Source of the DNA: Neoechinorhynchus agilis | Taxonomy: Eukaryota > Animalia > Acanthocephala | Assembly: GCA_051530055.1 (NCBI GenBank) | Contig: CM121343.1 | Location: 7,194,044-7,258,043 of the forward strand | Direction: 5' to 3' | Length of the DNA stretch: 64,000 bases | Part shown: positions 13,501 through 26,139 of the stretch, in pieces | Layout: every line of letters starts with the position of its first letter | Position numbering within the stretch: position 1 is the stretch's first letter | Made by a program: the position numbers and the translations under genes | Notes under the pieces: model-generated | What the model was told of the DNA's origin: nothing | The model's input: the letters and a program-made list of their open reading frames with translations, nothing else | Database searches by the model: none

Positions 13501-16335
13501 ATAGGTGTCGTCGGTGGTGGTTGCATTGGTATCGTCGGTTGTAGTGGCATCGGTATCGTCTGGGGTGGTGGTACCAATGTCGTCGATTATCGTTATTTAA
13601 GTGTCGTCGGTGGTGGTGGGATCGCTGTCGTCGGATGTGGTGGCATCATTGTCGTCGGTGCTGGTATCATTGGTATCTTCGGTGATGGTTGCATCGGTAT
13701 CGTCGGGTGTGGTGGCATCATTGTCGTGGGTGGTGGTGACATCGGCGTCGTCAGTGGAGGTGGCATCAGTGTCGTCGGTGGTTGTAGCATCGGTGCCGTC
13801 GGATGTGGTAGCATCGGTGTCGTCGGTGGTAGTTGCATTGGTATCGTCGGTGGAAGTGGCATCGGTATCGTCGGGGGTGGTGGTACCAATGTCGTCGATT
13901 ATCGTTATTTAAGTGTCGTCGGTGGTGGTAGCATCGGTGTCGTCGGGTGTGGTGGCATCAGTGTCGTCGGTGCTGGTATCATTGGTATCTTCGGTGATGG
14001 TGGCATCGGTATCGTCGGGTGTGGTGGCATCAGTGTGGTCGGTGGTGGTGACATCGGTGTCATCGGGGGTGGTGGCATCAATGTCGTCGGTGGTTGTAGC
14101 ATCGGTGTCGTGGGGTATGGTGGTATCAGTGTCGTCGGTGGTGGTAGCATCAGTATCGTCGGTGGTGGCAACAGTGTCGTCGGTGCTGGTATCATTTGTA
14201 TCTTCGGTGATGGTGGCATCGGTATCGTCGGGTGTGGTGGCATCAGTGTGGTCGGTGGTGGTGACATCGGTGTCATCGGGGGTGGTGGCATCAATGTCGT
14301 CGGTGGTTGTAGCATCGGTGTCGTGGGGTATGGTGGTATCAGTGTCGTCGGTGGTGGTAGCATCAGTATCGTCGGTGGTGGCAACAGTGTCGTCGGTGCT
14401 GGTATCATTTGTATCTTCGGTGATGGTGGCATCGGTATCGTCGGGTGTGGTGGCTTCAGTGTGGTCGGTGGTGGTGACATCGGTGTCATCGGGGGTGGTG
14501 GCATCAATGTCGTCGGTGGTTGTAGCATCGGTGTCGTGGGGTATGGTGGTATCAGTGTCGTCGGTGGTGGTAGCATCAGTATCGTCGGTGGCGGCAACAG
14601 TGTCGTCGGTGCTGCTATCATTGGTATCTTCGGTGATGGTGGCATCGGTATCGCCGGGTGTGGTGGCATCAGTGTCGTCAGTGGAGGTGGAGTCGGTGTT
14701 GTCAGTGGTGGTATCAGTGGCGTCGGTGGTTGTGGCATCCGTGTCGTCGCTGCTGGTATCATTGGTATCTTCGGTGGTGGTGGTGGCATCGGTATCGTCG
14801 GGTGTGGTGGCATCAGTGTGGTCGGTGGTGGTGACATCGGTGTCATAAGGGGTGGTGGCATCAATGTCGTCGGTGGTTGTAGCATCGGTGTCGTGGGGTA
14901 TGGTGGTATCAGTGTCGTCGGTGGTGGTAGCATCAGTATCGTCGGTGGCGGCAACAGTGTCGTCGGTGCTGCTATCATTGGTATCTTCGGTGATGGTGGC
15001 ATCGGTATCGCCGGGTGTGGTGGCATCAGTGTCGTCAGTGGAGGTGGAGTCGGTGTTGTCAGTGGTGGTATCAGTGGCGTCGGTGGTTGTGGCATCCGTG
15101 TCGTCGCTGCTGGTATCATTGGTATCTTCGGTGGTGGTGGTGGCATCGGTATCGTCGGGTGTGGTGGCATCAGTGTGGTCGGTGGTGGTGACATCGGTGT
15201 CATAAGGGGTGGTGGCATCAATGTCGTCGGTGGTTGTAGCATCGGTGTCGTGGGGTATGGTGGTATCAGTGTCGTCGGTGGTGGTAGCATCAGTATCGTC
15301 GGTGGCGGCAACAGTGTCGTCGGTGCTGCTATCATTGGTATCTTCGGTGATGGTGGCATCGGTATCGCCGGGTGTGGTGGCATCAGTGTCGTCAGTGGAG
15401 GTGGAGTCGGTGTTGTCAGTGGTGGTATCAGTGGCGTCGGTGGTTGTGGCATCCGTGTCGTCGCTGCTGGTATCATTGGTATCTTCGGTGGTGGTGGTGG
15501 CATCGGTATCGTCGGGTGTGGTGGCATCAGTGTGGTCGGTGGTGGTGACATCGGTGTCATCAGGGGTGGTGGCATCAATGTCGTCGGTGGTTGTAGCATC
15601 GGTGTCGTGGGGTATGGTGGTATCAGTGTCGTCGGTGGTGGTAGCATCAGTATCGTCGGTGGTGGCAACAGTGTCGTCGGTGCTGGTATCATTTGTATCT
15701 TCGGTGATGGTGGCATCGGTATCGCCGGGTGTTGTGGCATCAGTGTGGTCGGTGGTGGTGACATCGGTGTCATCGGGGGTGGTGGCATCAATGTCGTCGG
15801 TGGTTGTAGCATCGGTGTCGTGGGGTATGGTGGTATCAGTGTCGTCGGTGGTGGTAGCATCAGTATCGTCGGTGGCGGCAACAGTGTCGTCGGTGCTGCT
15901 ATCATTGGTATCTTCGGTGATGGTGGCATCGGTATCGCCGGGTGTGGTGGCATCAGTGTCGTCGGTGGAGGTGGAGTCGGTGTTGTCAGTGGTGGTGGTA
16001 TCAGTGGCGTCGGTGGTTGTGGCATCCGTGTCGTCGCTGCTGGTATCATTGGTATCTTCGGTGGTGGTGGTGGCATCGGTATCGTCGGGTGTGGTGGCAT
16101 CAGTGTGGTCGGTGGTGGTGACATCGGTGTTGCCAGTGGTCGTGGCATCGTTGTCGACGGGTGTGGTGGCATCGGTGTTGTAGGGGGTGGTGGCATCGGT
16201 GTTGTAGGGGCTGGTGGCATCGGTGTTGTTTGGATGGTTTCATCGGTTTCGTCGGGTGTGGTTGCATCAGTGTCGTCTGTGGTGGTGGTATCGGTGTCGT
16301 AGGTTGTGGTAGCATCGGTATCGTCGGTGATGGTC
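4563..16335. repeat. 11.8-kb coding-like minisatellite (about 24-nt unit gtggcatcggtgtcgtcggtggtg) with higher-order repeats
   Basis: Frames give (GGGIGVV)n, (VVASVSS)n and (WWHRCRR)n on +, and (DDTDATTT)n, (PPPTTPM)n and (HRRHRC)n on -. Higher-order repeat spacings in 14050-16120 are 213, 213, 357, 357, 357, 213 and 360 bp. Confidence 0.95.
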
Positions 16336-16403
16336 CGACAGGGATGGAATATCCGTTTAAGTGGGAATGCTTGTTGTGAGGTTGGGTCTTTCCTCAGGTT
16401 CAT
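13909..16403 (-). CDS. Candidate Thr/Asp-rich (or Pro/Thr-rich) mucin-like repeat ORF, possibly a pseudo-exon
   Basis: ATG at 16403 enters the DDTDATT frame. A single frame change near 16230 moves it to the PPTTPM frame (open to 13905). The DT frame itself appears stop-free from about 16228 to TAA at 13909-13911. No signal peptide or clear splice sites. Confidence 0.3.
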
Positions 16404-17240
16404 TTATGTTGTGATATCCGAAAGGATTGGGCAGTATGGAAAAAGGACTGGAGGTAGATAGAGGTGCGAGATATATGAAAATGAAATGAATTGGGATTAC
16501 GAGGGTTGTGCTCGTTTGAAAAGGGGAACGAAATGTGGTAGAACAGATTGTGGTGGTAGGCTTGAGAGGCGTTTTGATTGTTTGATGAAAATCTTATAAA
16601 GGTATTCAGTGGGGAAGAAATTTACTGTACGAAATTTTGAAGCTCTTCTATGAAACGATTAAAGGAGACGACTTTGTGATTGCGATAGGTTGCAAAAGAC
16701 GGCATAGCCGCAGCTGACGGAGGGTAAATTAAGGCTGAAATAAAATTTGGAGATCGGGCGATGGGATTCCTAAATGGCGTTGGCGTCTTTGGGGGTAAAT
16801 TTTAAAGGAGTTTAGCTTGAGGGAGAGAGTGATGCGCGAGTCCCATTTCAGAATTGATTGAGGCGAATCGTCAAATGTCATTTGAAAGATCAGGATAGGA
16901 TATGGGGTTGCGGGAGACTGAGGGGATCAACTCGAAGCATTTAGGGAAGTCCAGGTAGAGTTTGTGATTGGTGCAGAAATCTTTGATGTGTGTGATTTCG
17001 TTAGATGTTAAGAAGGAAATGTAAGTTGTAGGAGTAGTAATTTGTGTAGAGCCTGAGGTGTTTCATTGGTTGAAATTTGAATCAGGGCAAAAGTTCTAAT
17101 TTATGGAATCTAGGGCGTGTTTCAGTTCAGAAGATGACAAGTTTGGGAAGGGATCAGGATTGCGTATACCAAGAGAGTCCTTGACTGCCCGCCGCCATGT
17201 TGAATCGCTATATGAACGAATTTCGGAGGAAAGGATTTTT
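16336..17240 (-). mobile_element. Internally deleted CR1/L2-like LINE ORF2 remnant (late RT/thumb region and 3' region)
   Basis: Reads KDFCTNHKLYLDFPKCFELIPSVSRNPISYP. The 3' part matches 56930-57290 (-) (PILSDITT.MNLRK). It lacks the terminal GAGGACCC tail and abuts the T/D array. Confidence 0.7.
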
Positions 17241-17249
17241 TTGCGGGCA

Positions 17250-17420
17250 AACACATTTTATTAATAAACAAAGAAGAGTAACCATGTACATTTGGGTCCT
17301 ATTGAACACTCGAGTTTTGTCAGGATAAGTGAATGTGACTGTTGATTTTGGAGTGGATTACTTGCCCGGCCGGTTGAAAATATCCGGTCCAGTGGGAAAG
17401 TTTTGTGAGGGCGAGTGACC
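17250..17420 (-). mobile_element. LINE 3' tail
   Basis: Reverse complement is near-identical to 49960-50100. Confidence 0.8.
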
Positions 17421-17479
17421 GATTTTCCATGGAATTTCTGATCGATGTCGCATTCGATAGTTTTTTTCGATTATCCAAT

Positions 17480-17560
17480 CAGAACTCGAGTGTTTATGAG
17501 GACCCAACGATACACGGGTCCACCTCTTTGTGCAATAACAAATAAAACGTGTTATTATAA
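17480..17560 (+). mobile_element. LINE 3' tail with terminal stem-loop
   Basis: GGACCC-aacgatacac-GGGTCC hairpin followed by aaaacgtgttattata. Confidence 0.7.
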
Positions 17561-17686
17561 GTCGCAATCTCTGCCTCTCTTAATTATCAGCGATTTTATT
17601 TCGAAAACGATCGATCACTACGAACAAATTAGTTGGTTTATTGAGTTCAAAACCTATGATAAAAGGCTAGTTCACGCTCTGTTTAG

Positions 17687-19963
17687 TCATAAGGACAGGC
17701 AACGTTGTTTGTGGCGTCGCTTGGGATTTGAGCAAGAATAGTCGATGGAATGAGGCCTCTTTAAACCGCTGACAGTTTCATGTTCAATTTTGAAGGATTC
17801 TGGGTGCAAACACTCAATCTCTTCTGGTTTACACGACTGATTAAATGGTATGCCTTTTGTCTTTTCCTTTTGCAAGATTCGCGGCTCTCTACTTACAAAG
17901 TCGTCCATAAGAAGGAAACATAATTTTTCCCTCACATTCGCGGACAAAATTCTTGTTTTCATAATTGAGAGTAGTCGTTGTTTCAGTTGTAAATGCTCGC
18001 TTAGATTATAATTGAAGTGGCGTTCTATGACAGACGAAGCAAATGATGATCCTTCATCCGTCTCAAAGATTTTTGTCAAAACGGTCAAGTCAAGATTAGC
18101 AAGTACATTCAAAACGATCACTGCGATTTCTTCATCTTCGCACAACGCTTCCATGATAGGACACGCCAAGGTATTCCATTCTAGAGAGCTTCTCCTACTT
18201 TTAGCAAACTTGCTCCACGCCAGTATTAATCTATATCAAAGGTCCTCCTTTATCTTTGATTTTTAGATCAACAAAAACTCGCTGTTATTAAAAGATTGGC
18301 AATGCCACACGGCGAAAGGAAATTCCTTTAATTATAACGACGACTAAAGTAGCCTCGATCACGAAGTGCCGATCTAGCAGGACCGATGAAGTAATTAAAT
18401 CAGGTAATGGAAAATCCTTTGGGACACTAAGCACAATGGACAACAAAGCAACAGCTTTCTCCAATGTTCCATTGAACCTGTGACAAACGCGTATGATTTG
18501 AGCAAGCAGAATTGAGCATTTAAAGGTAAAAGCAGCTAATGCCACGTTCTTATCGCAAATAAATTGTTCCAAATTCTCGTATTCCTTTGGTTCTTTGACA
18601 TAAGAAAGGCAATCGGATAGCAAAATCCCCGAAGCAGGCATGTCTACTTTGTTCAGAAATCGTGTCGAGAGTTCCTGAATTACGTAACCCCTTAGAGATT
18701 CGTCTTTTTGGACAAATTTTAGTATGAACGCATGTAGCCTCGAATTAATAGCCCAAGTATCGAAAATTTCTCGGTTACGGAAAAAGTGTTCAACTCTTCC
18801 CCTAAGAACAGCCATGAGTCTTCCTCGATCCACATTCCTTTCGGCTAAACAAGTAATTTCTAGAAGAGCACCCGTCAAAATTGTATCCAAACCAATCAAT
18901 TTGGGATTGTCTTGGAACATTTTTGTAACTATCTTACACAAACTATCGTGTACGGCGTGAGACTTTAAGAAACGCGGAGATTGATTGTCTGCCAAATTAA
19001 GGAGCCATGTCAGGATTTTACGAATCAAGAATGAAACTGATTCGTTGACCAAGAACTCGCTGCCAACATCTAGCAGATCGCGAGCAAGCTGCAAACCGAT
19101 GATTTCCGGATCTATACAATCTTCCTCAAAGTCGATAGCTTCCATTTCATTTAGTTCCATTTCGTGTTCTGACAAATCACTGGAGCTGCATGAATCACAA
19201 TCGATCGTCATGCCAGGAACCTGAATTGAAAATCGACAATGAGTATTCGATATATTGACCGTTTGGCGGACTATTGGCTCGATATTCTGTTCGATATGGA
19301 AATTCGAAGAAACATTAATTGCTTTAGTTTCAGAAGGACGTTGTTGATTTCTCTTATTGATCTCAGTATCTACGTATTTTTCATTATCAATCAGTGTCAT
19401 CAATTCGTGTAGAGTCGCTCGTACTTCGATCATAACCGTCTCCGGACATTCACGGCCAAGATATTCGATTTCTTCAAACTCATCAGTAGAATAGTCTTCA
19501 CCCGAAATTTCTAGCTTATTCTCTGAGCTTTCCGAACAACATAACCGATTTAAATTATTGCATACTATTGTTAACAGTTGAATTTCCTTTTCCTTCCTAG
19601 TCGAAAATGTACTTCGTAGACGCGAAGGATTGAATATCTCCGAAAAAAAGAATCCTATATTACAAAAGCTAACAAAATAGAATCCTTATCTTAAATTATT
19701 GACCTCAGTGATGAAAAGGAACCGCTGTCAATACAGTGGAACAAAATTTGACAGAAATTGCGTTTCCGGAGATATCGTTCATAGTCAGGATGCATCGATT
19801 TAACGATTAATTCAATGAGATCGTTCTTGCGATGACGATGGGACGTCTTCTTAAGTCTCTCAAAGCACAACAGAATATTATCGTCCTTTTGTTTTTGAAT
19901 ACTTATGCAGTTCGAATCATCCATTCTACAAGTTCGGGAGGGATTAAAGAAGAAAACCGTCAA
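17687..19963 (-). CDS. Multi-exon uncharacterised helical protein
   Basis: Consecutive minus-strand ORFs of 90, 381 (extendable upstream to about 19640) and 160 aa with typical globular composition and an acidic patch, separated by short AT-rich gaps. Family not recognised with confidence. Confidence 0.65.
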
Positions 19964-21188
19964 TCAATAAGAAGATATGAGTATTTTTCCCTTCTACTGA
20001 TTTTCCAGTGATTTTATCAATATTAAATTAACAATTACAGAGAATTCGCAAGGAAGTGCGGCGATATTTGATGCCATCATTTAGCACATTCAAAAAATAC
20101 TCTACAACAACAACAACCGAATCAATTTTCGGTTACGAAAATCGAGTTCATTTAAGAAAGACGAGCGTAAGTGTGAATTATCATCATTTTTTATCCGAAA
20201 TATGATGATTTGGAAGTCTCAATAAAAGCAACAAATGCACGAATAAGTCCAATAAAACAAAGAGTCGTCGTAAAGAAATTTAGCAATTGAATGGCAACAT
20301 TATCTGGATTGGCTGATCTTCATCAAGGAGAAAATCGATAACTCTTTCGTTTGGATACCCAATAAATCAAACATTATTAAGCAAATACGTGAGATGGCGT
20401 CGCTTAGATTCGTCTTGAGGCTGCAGCAAAATAACTATAAATTGGCTGTTTTGACTGGCTCTGAAGATTAGAAATGTTCAGAAGACAGACCTCAATAAAC
20501 TTATGTTGTCTAAGACATTTAAGGACAAGGAATATCGATACAATCGATGATGCTAAAAAATTAATCAATAAAAACGAAATATGGAGCAAAGGCGCAAAAA
20601 AGATTCTTTATATAGAGCAAAGAAGTTCATTTAAATGTCTGCCGCTAAACGGAATAATCTTTTCAATATTTGCCGATTTCGATCGATGGGCTCTTAATTG
20701 CTTGACTGATCAAATAAATGATTCATGCACCCAAGAACAACTACCTGTTTGGCAAATCACCAATAAACGGTGGACAATTTAACCGATGTTCAGATTGCGA
20801 ACTTGGTTGTCCATTCTTCCGGCGATTAAGACATCCGGACAATGATCCACATTGGTGACGTCTAATTTTAGTAATCAAATTTCAAGTATCCGATCTACTT
20901 GTAAATCCTTGGAATTCAAACGGTCCAAGAAGTAAGTTTATTTGAACATAAAACATTTAGTTTATCATCGTTGGATGCTTTCTCATCGTTTAATACTTCT
21001 TAGAGGAACATTTTGATAAAGTTTTCTATCGAAATTCTTTGGTTAATGATTTAAGGAGGATGTTTGTATAACTTAGTTAAAATCTTGCATCCAAATATTC
21101 CACAAAGTGATCACGGGTTTTATTCGTAGAAATCATTAATGTTTCTATAAGACCAATTAACTTTCAATTCCGCCGACAATTTCACTCT

Positions 21189-21305
21189 TGAATATAAGTT
21201 CAACATTTATTGTAGGACTTGGCGAAGAAAAATTATAATTTATTGACTTCAATTTTCGGCCTGTTCGCTGTTCAAATAAATTACAATTTTTCTTCGCCAA
21301 GTCCT
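21189..21305 (-). mobile_element. Asymmetric fold-back insertion containing the 3' half of a hammerhead (GGCC-GAAA-AUU)
   Basis: Arms 21209-21244 and 21275-21310. 13-bp direct repeat acaatttcactct at 21176-21188 and 21306-21318. Confidence 0.8.
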
Positions 21306-21695
21306 ACAATTTCACTCTGTGTTCTGATCGATACATGAATAATCGGCGACAAAATCTCCTATTGGAAGCCTCGCGTTTAAGTTCATAGGATGACGTCATT
21401 GGTTCAATCAGTCTTTAGAAATGTCTTCAGCGGATATTCAATCGCCTTAGCAGGTGATTTTCAGAAAGCGATTAAACACGACCGTTGTATATTGGACATT
21501 TTTGCAAGAAGATGAACGATAAAATGTGAATTTTATCTTTAGAGAACTAAGATTCATTTGTGACCTTTTCCTAGTTTTTGTGTGTGTTCAAATCGTACTT
21601 CATAAACGAAGAACGCCATTTAAAAAAGATACGAGAACTTCAGTTGTTCTTATTGTCGCAACTTTTATATTATAAAATATACGTAGGCCGTTAAA

Positions 21696-22527
21696 ATGAT
21701 GTTTAAGTTGAAACCGAGTGCGACAAATCGCTTTATTGCAATATCGGCAATCGTGAGGTTGTAATTGTGGGCGTGCTTTGCATTTGTTAGCTTCTTGTTT
21801 CGCTTAAAAGATCAGAACCACCGAAGCCAAAAAAGAAAGTTGATCAAACGGTTGCAAAACTGAGGTATTTTGATTTAAAGTTCAAAAGTATCGATCTCAG
21901 TCCTAATTTAGGGAAGACCGTCGCCGTAAGAGATTGGAAAGAGGAATTCGGAAATTGCAATCTTACAAGAAGGTATTGAAACCTTTGATTGAACTTGAGC
22001 CAGATAGAAAAGTACTAAAAGAGAAAAGGTGAGATATTTGGTTCATTCCAAATAGAAAACAATGTAGGTTTCATTTTTAGATTGAGAACACGTGAACAAT
22101 ACAAAGGCTTATCCGAAGAAGAGGAAGATGCCCGGTTAGCTGTTTCAAGACGCTGGCAACAGTATTTGCGAGATCTTCAAACGCAGGAGACCAAGGCGAT
22201 GGATAGATGCGTTAGAACATTGGCTCAATACCTAACCGAATGAATCAATGCAATAAACTACAAGAAGAAGCGCTTTACGAATTGAAATCAATGGATGTTG
22301 CACGTTATGAAGATTGCAAAAAGAGAGATGAGTACCCGATTCAAATGATATGCAACGGTCCATTCGAGTACGGTTCACACGACAACAACTATTATCCTCC
22401 TCAGGGTGATTATGAAGAAATAACTAATGTTTTTGAGAAGGGTTATAAAATAACCGTATTGGATAAGAAAACAATCAAAGAGGAAATGTTTGAACAGCTA
22501 AAACTATCACACAAAAAGAGAAAGTAA
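21696..22527 (+). CDS. MRPL40: Mitochondrial ribosomal protein L40 (several short introns)
   Basis: RSEPPKPKKKVD..RKRLERGIRKL..EEEDARLAVSRRWQQY..QEEALYEL..KRDE..GP..YYPPQGDYEEITNVF matches the mL40 pattern. The junction near 22210-22260 is unresolved. Confidence 0.85.
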
Positions 22528-22625
22528 ACGAAAGTTTTAAGTAAACAATTTAAAATCAATTTTTATCTTTCTCGTTTTAAATCGTTCCATCAACGTGCAA
22601 TTACTTTTCATGTAATAATCAAATC

Positions 22626-22670
22626 GAGAGCCTACGCGAAGACCGAAAATTATCAAATAAATCAATTATT
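22626..22670 (+). repeat. Partial copy of hammerhead family B arm
   Basis: gcctacgcgaagaccgaaaattatcaaataaatcaattatt matches 32037-32075 and 58561-58610. Confidence 0.6.
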
Positions 22671-23149
22671 ATAAGGCAATGCTGCTAGCGTGATAGCGAC
22701 AGCCGAGGAAAGATAGAAGCTAAGATTTTGCGGACGGTGGTGATTGCATAGTTAATATTGGAATGTATAATAAAACTTATGGCTCTTTAAAAATATTATA
22801 ATAATTCGCTATAAGAAAGTAAAAACTAATGCGCCTTTATCAATATATCCAAGTTATCGTCTATCTAAACCCACCACCTCTCCGAAGATTCTTTATTAAA
22901 CTGATGTTGTGGTAGCTGGCATCAGTACATCCAAAAATCTACTGTCGCCGCACAAAATTGGTTTTTTTTATTCAACATAACACGGAAAACGTTAACATGA
23001 ACCTTATGATGTCGTTAATGGTCACTACACTGAAAACTTTTATTTCTAGACTCAAACTAAGTATACGTTTTATTGTTCTTAGTAGAGGAACCATGCATCC
23101 CTTGGTCCTTCCTCGTGAACACTCGATCCAAATGATAGGTTAAATAAAT

Positions 23150-23760
23150 GTAATTGTCTATTTTTGAGTGTACGACGCGTCCGATCGAGTAAGAAAGTTG
23201 GCGGTGATTGGTTTTGGAGAGTTTGCTAGATGGGGGATGCCATATAAAAAGCTGTGATTTACAATGAGATTAAGACGGTCTATAAGTTCGGGGATGATGC
23301 AATGACGAGTCCAGTTTGGGATAAGAATTTCGGGATAATTTGTTGATTGTTGAAAAGATAATTCATTGTTATTTGTCGATAGGAGAAAAATGAAATTAAG
23401 AATAATTCTTAATTTCATTTTTCTCTCCTATCGACAAATAATTTGTTGATTGGAGGACTTCATATGACGCAACTAAGAGTATTGGAGAGATGACAGAAGT
23501 GTCAGTTGTGGAGTTATAGTTTTGTTTAGAGTCTGAGATGGGGTAATGGCTGTAATTTGAGTCAGTGCAGAGGTTTTGAATTGGGGTGGTGACAAGTTTG
23601 GGAAGGGATCAGAATTGGGTAGACCAATAGAATCTTTGACGGCCCTCCACCACGTTGAATTGCCGCCTGAACGTCAGGATATTTATTTCGATGAGACGCA
23701 GATACTTGATTTTGAAGGAGTTTCAAGATTGGTAGGTCACATTTGGAGATCTCAATGAAT
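23150..23760 (-). mobile_element. CR1/L2-like LINE fragment
   Basis: Reverse complement aligns with 49400-49840. Confidence 0.75.
23350..23437 (-). mobile_element. 88-bp asymmetric fold-back inserted into the LINE fragment
   Basis: 15-bp duplication ataatttgttgattg at 23335-23349 and 23438-23452. The paralogous LINE has a single copy (empty site) at 49712-49726. Same family as 36781-36929. Confidence 0.9.
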
Positions 23761-24702
23761 TTCTTACTAAACGAGGACTCACAAAATTAGATATCCTGGA
23801 TAATATCAGGACTGAACAATAAAAGCAAACGAAGGATAATTCCCGACAGCCGATAAAGCTTTATTATTTCCTTTTTTCTTTCCATTCGACCTATTGAGTT
23901 GAAAAGGTTTAGTTAAGGGTCCGGATCAAACCATTTTAGCCTGTGGCATGAAATACATACTTATACATTGATTGGGGATCCTAATGCCAGCTGCTTTATA
24001 GTATTTTCAAATTAACAATGGCATGGAGTGCTTGTGATGTAAAAATAAATAAAATATACGTCTGTTCATGGTAAATGTCGTAATTATTGAGTAATTAATT
24101 CGATTTGCGATTTTCGTCATTTGCTTAGATTCCGAATGAAGTAATTGGAGATGAATTGATGATTATTTCTTCGTATCTGAAAATCGAATTGTTTTAAAAC
24201 AGTATTTTTTAAAAGATCCATAACAATCACGCTAATTAAAGAACCCACAGCAACCTCCGAGAGGAAAGTTGAAAGACTGCATTCTACAATTGTCGATTTT
24301 CATTCAAGAAAAAAGAGAGAGAGCAAACAACGTCGTGGCATTCGAACGCTAAATTCCCGAGAGTACAAGCTCAATGGTCGTCCTGCTGTTCTCTTGTTAT
24401 GTACTCATTGATGATGTGATTGACAAGTTTGACTGGGTCATGTGAAATCAAACGTTTTTGTTTCTTTGGTACCGGAAACTGAATATTTTAGGGATAAACG
24501 CCAACTAGCGATGCTTACAATCACATACCTGCAAGAGAGCGTTACGAAAGAGAAGCATTCCATGTGCCGATAAGTTATTTAGGTTTTTTCGTCTTCTTGC
24601 GAGGAAACTTTTATTAACGTTCAACGGAACAACATCCTTTCCTAAAGATAATGGAAATCTAAAAATTATATGGTTCGTGGATCACAAAAGCATGAAGTAA
24701 AC

Positions 24703-25441
24703 TCACTCCCTGTCGTCGAAACCTGAACGTGGGAATAAAGTGTCTCGGATAAATAACCGACTTCCCTCCATGTGGATACGAGTGCATACCGGCACACCCA
24801 CAATTCTGGTGACTAATGAAAATAAGTGGACAAGGTATGGTATAAGAACTGATTCTGTCAAGAGTTGCTGGTTTCGAATTGTTGAACCTTCTTCGATTGG
24901 ATTAGGAGTGGATTCAAGTACATTCTTCTTTAGATGGAACAAAAGACTCGATTGCCTATAATTGATTGATTCACTTAGCAATTCTATGAATCTTGTTAAA
25001 CTGCATGAGCGTCGTGTAGTGGAACACACGAAAGCCCAATAATACCTTTCTACTTCGCAGTCATTAGTAGCATCAACGGATTTTTTTTCAACCGATACTG
25101 ACTCCGCATGATCGGTAGGTGGGATCTTAGCCGTATTTGTTTCGGTTGAACGATTTCTCTTTGATACACAATTGTTAACCTTCGATCTCAATGATTGAAA
25201 TCTTTCATTGACCCTTGTAATATCGCTATTGAGCATTGACAATCTAAATCGAAAACTAATTGCAAATGATAAAACACAGGTTATCGTACTTTTCAATCGC
25301 TCGTTCTATACACGGCTCCCGAGTTCGTCCAGGAGCGCCGTACTGATTAAACGGCCGAACATGGCCGGCTTCGAACCGAAATATTCGTTTGTTTGAAAAC
25401 TCAAAAATCAATTCATTCTCAACGCAATCGCTTTCAGTCAA
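24703..25441 (-). CDS. Putative uncharacterised protein exons
   Basis: Overlapping 61-aa and 197-aa ORFs with no recognised motif. Confidence 0.35.
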
Positions 25442-26139
25442 TAAAGTGACATTTTAAGTCAAATGCTCGAGCGCATGAATATCACGAATGCAAATGGATA
25501 TAAAGAAAATAAATTTAAAGATAACGGCATGTTCAATGCTCATGAAACCACAGATATAGGCTAACGAAAGTCTGTCTGCGTGTAATGAACATGCCCGTTA
25601 TTCATGAAGCAAACGAATCTATTTAAGAAATGCTGAAATTGTATAACCTTTTCAAGAAATCCGATCAAATGGGTTTAACAGGTATCGCGAAAGCTCGAAA
25701 TGTAAAGCGAATTAGCCGAAATTGGTACTTCTATTTTGAAAGGTGAATGGCCTACCACAAAATCTACGTGCCTTAAGAAAATGAGCATTAATACTTTTAT
25801 CGGGAAGTGTAAGATTACCAATTTTTTACCATATATGGCTGAATTATGGACATACAGCTCACCGAGCCGTTTATCGTCAAAAAATCCTAATCTTACACTT
25901 CTCGATGGAAGGGCAACCGGCTGAGCCACGCACAAATATTTTAAAATAGAGAATTACTATGTTTTGTGAGAATCATAAAATCCATCATTGGATCCATCGT
26001 TCTCCCAAAAATTCGAACCAATAAGCTGATTCTGGGACGCCATTTACTCGATGACGGACGAAGCAACCTTAAAAACACATCAAAAAAATAAAATTATCGA
26101 AAAGTTTTAAGGTTGTGAAGATTATTAACCATACACGGC

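Noticed and set aside
4635-16302. Plus-strand Gly/Val-rich ORFs as a glycine-rich structural protein, or with TGA read as selenocysteine
   Set aside because: The variation and the TGA stops are synonymous in the opposite-strand T/D frame, the TGAs replace GGA rather than Cys codons, and no SECIS was seen. Not fully excluded without stranded RNA data.
17687-19963. Assignment to FHIP/FAM160 or SAPS families
   Set aside because: Only weak by-eye resemblance to both; needs an HMM search.
20394-20782. Possible small gene
   Set aside because: No recognisable motif or clear splice structure.
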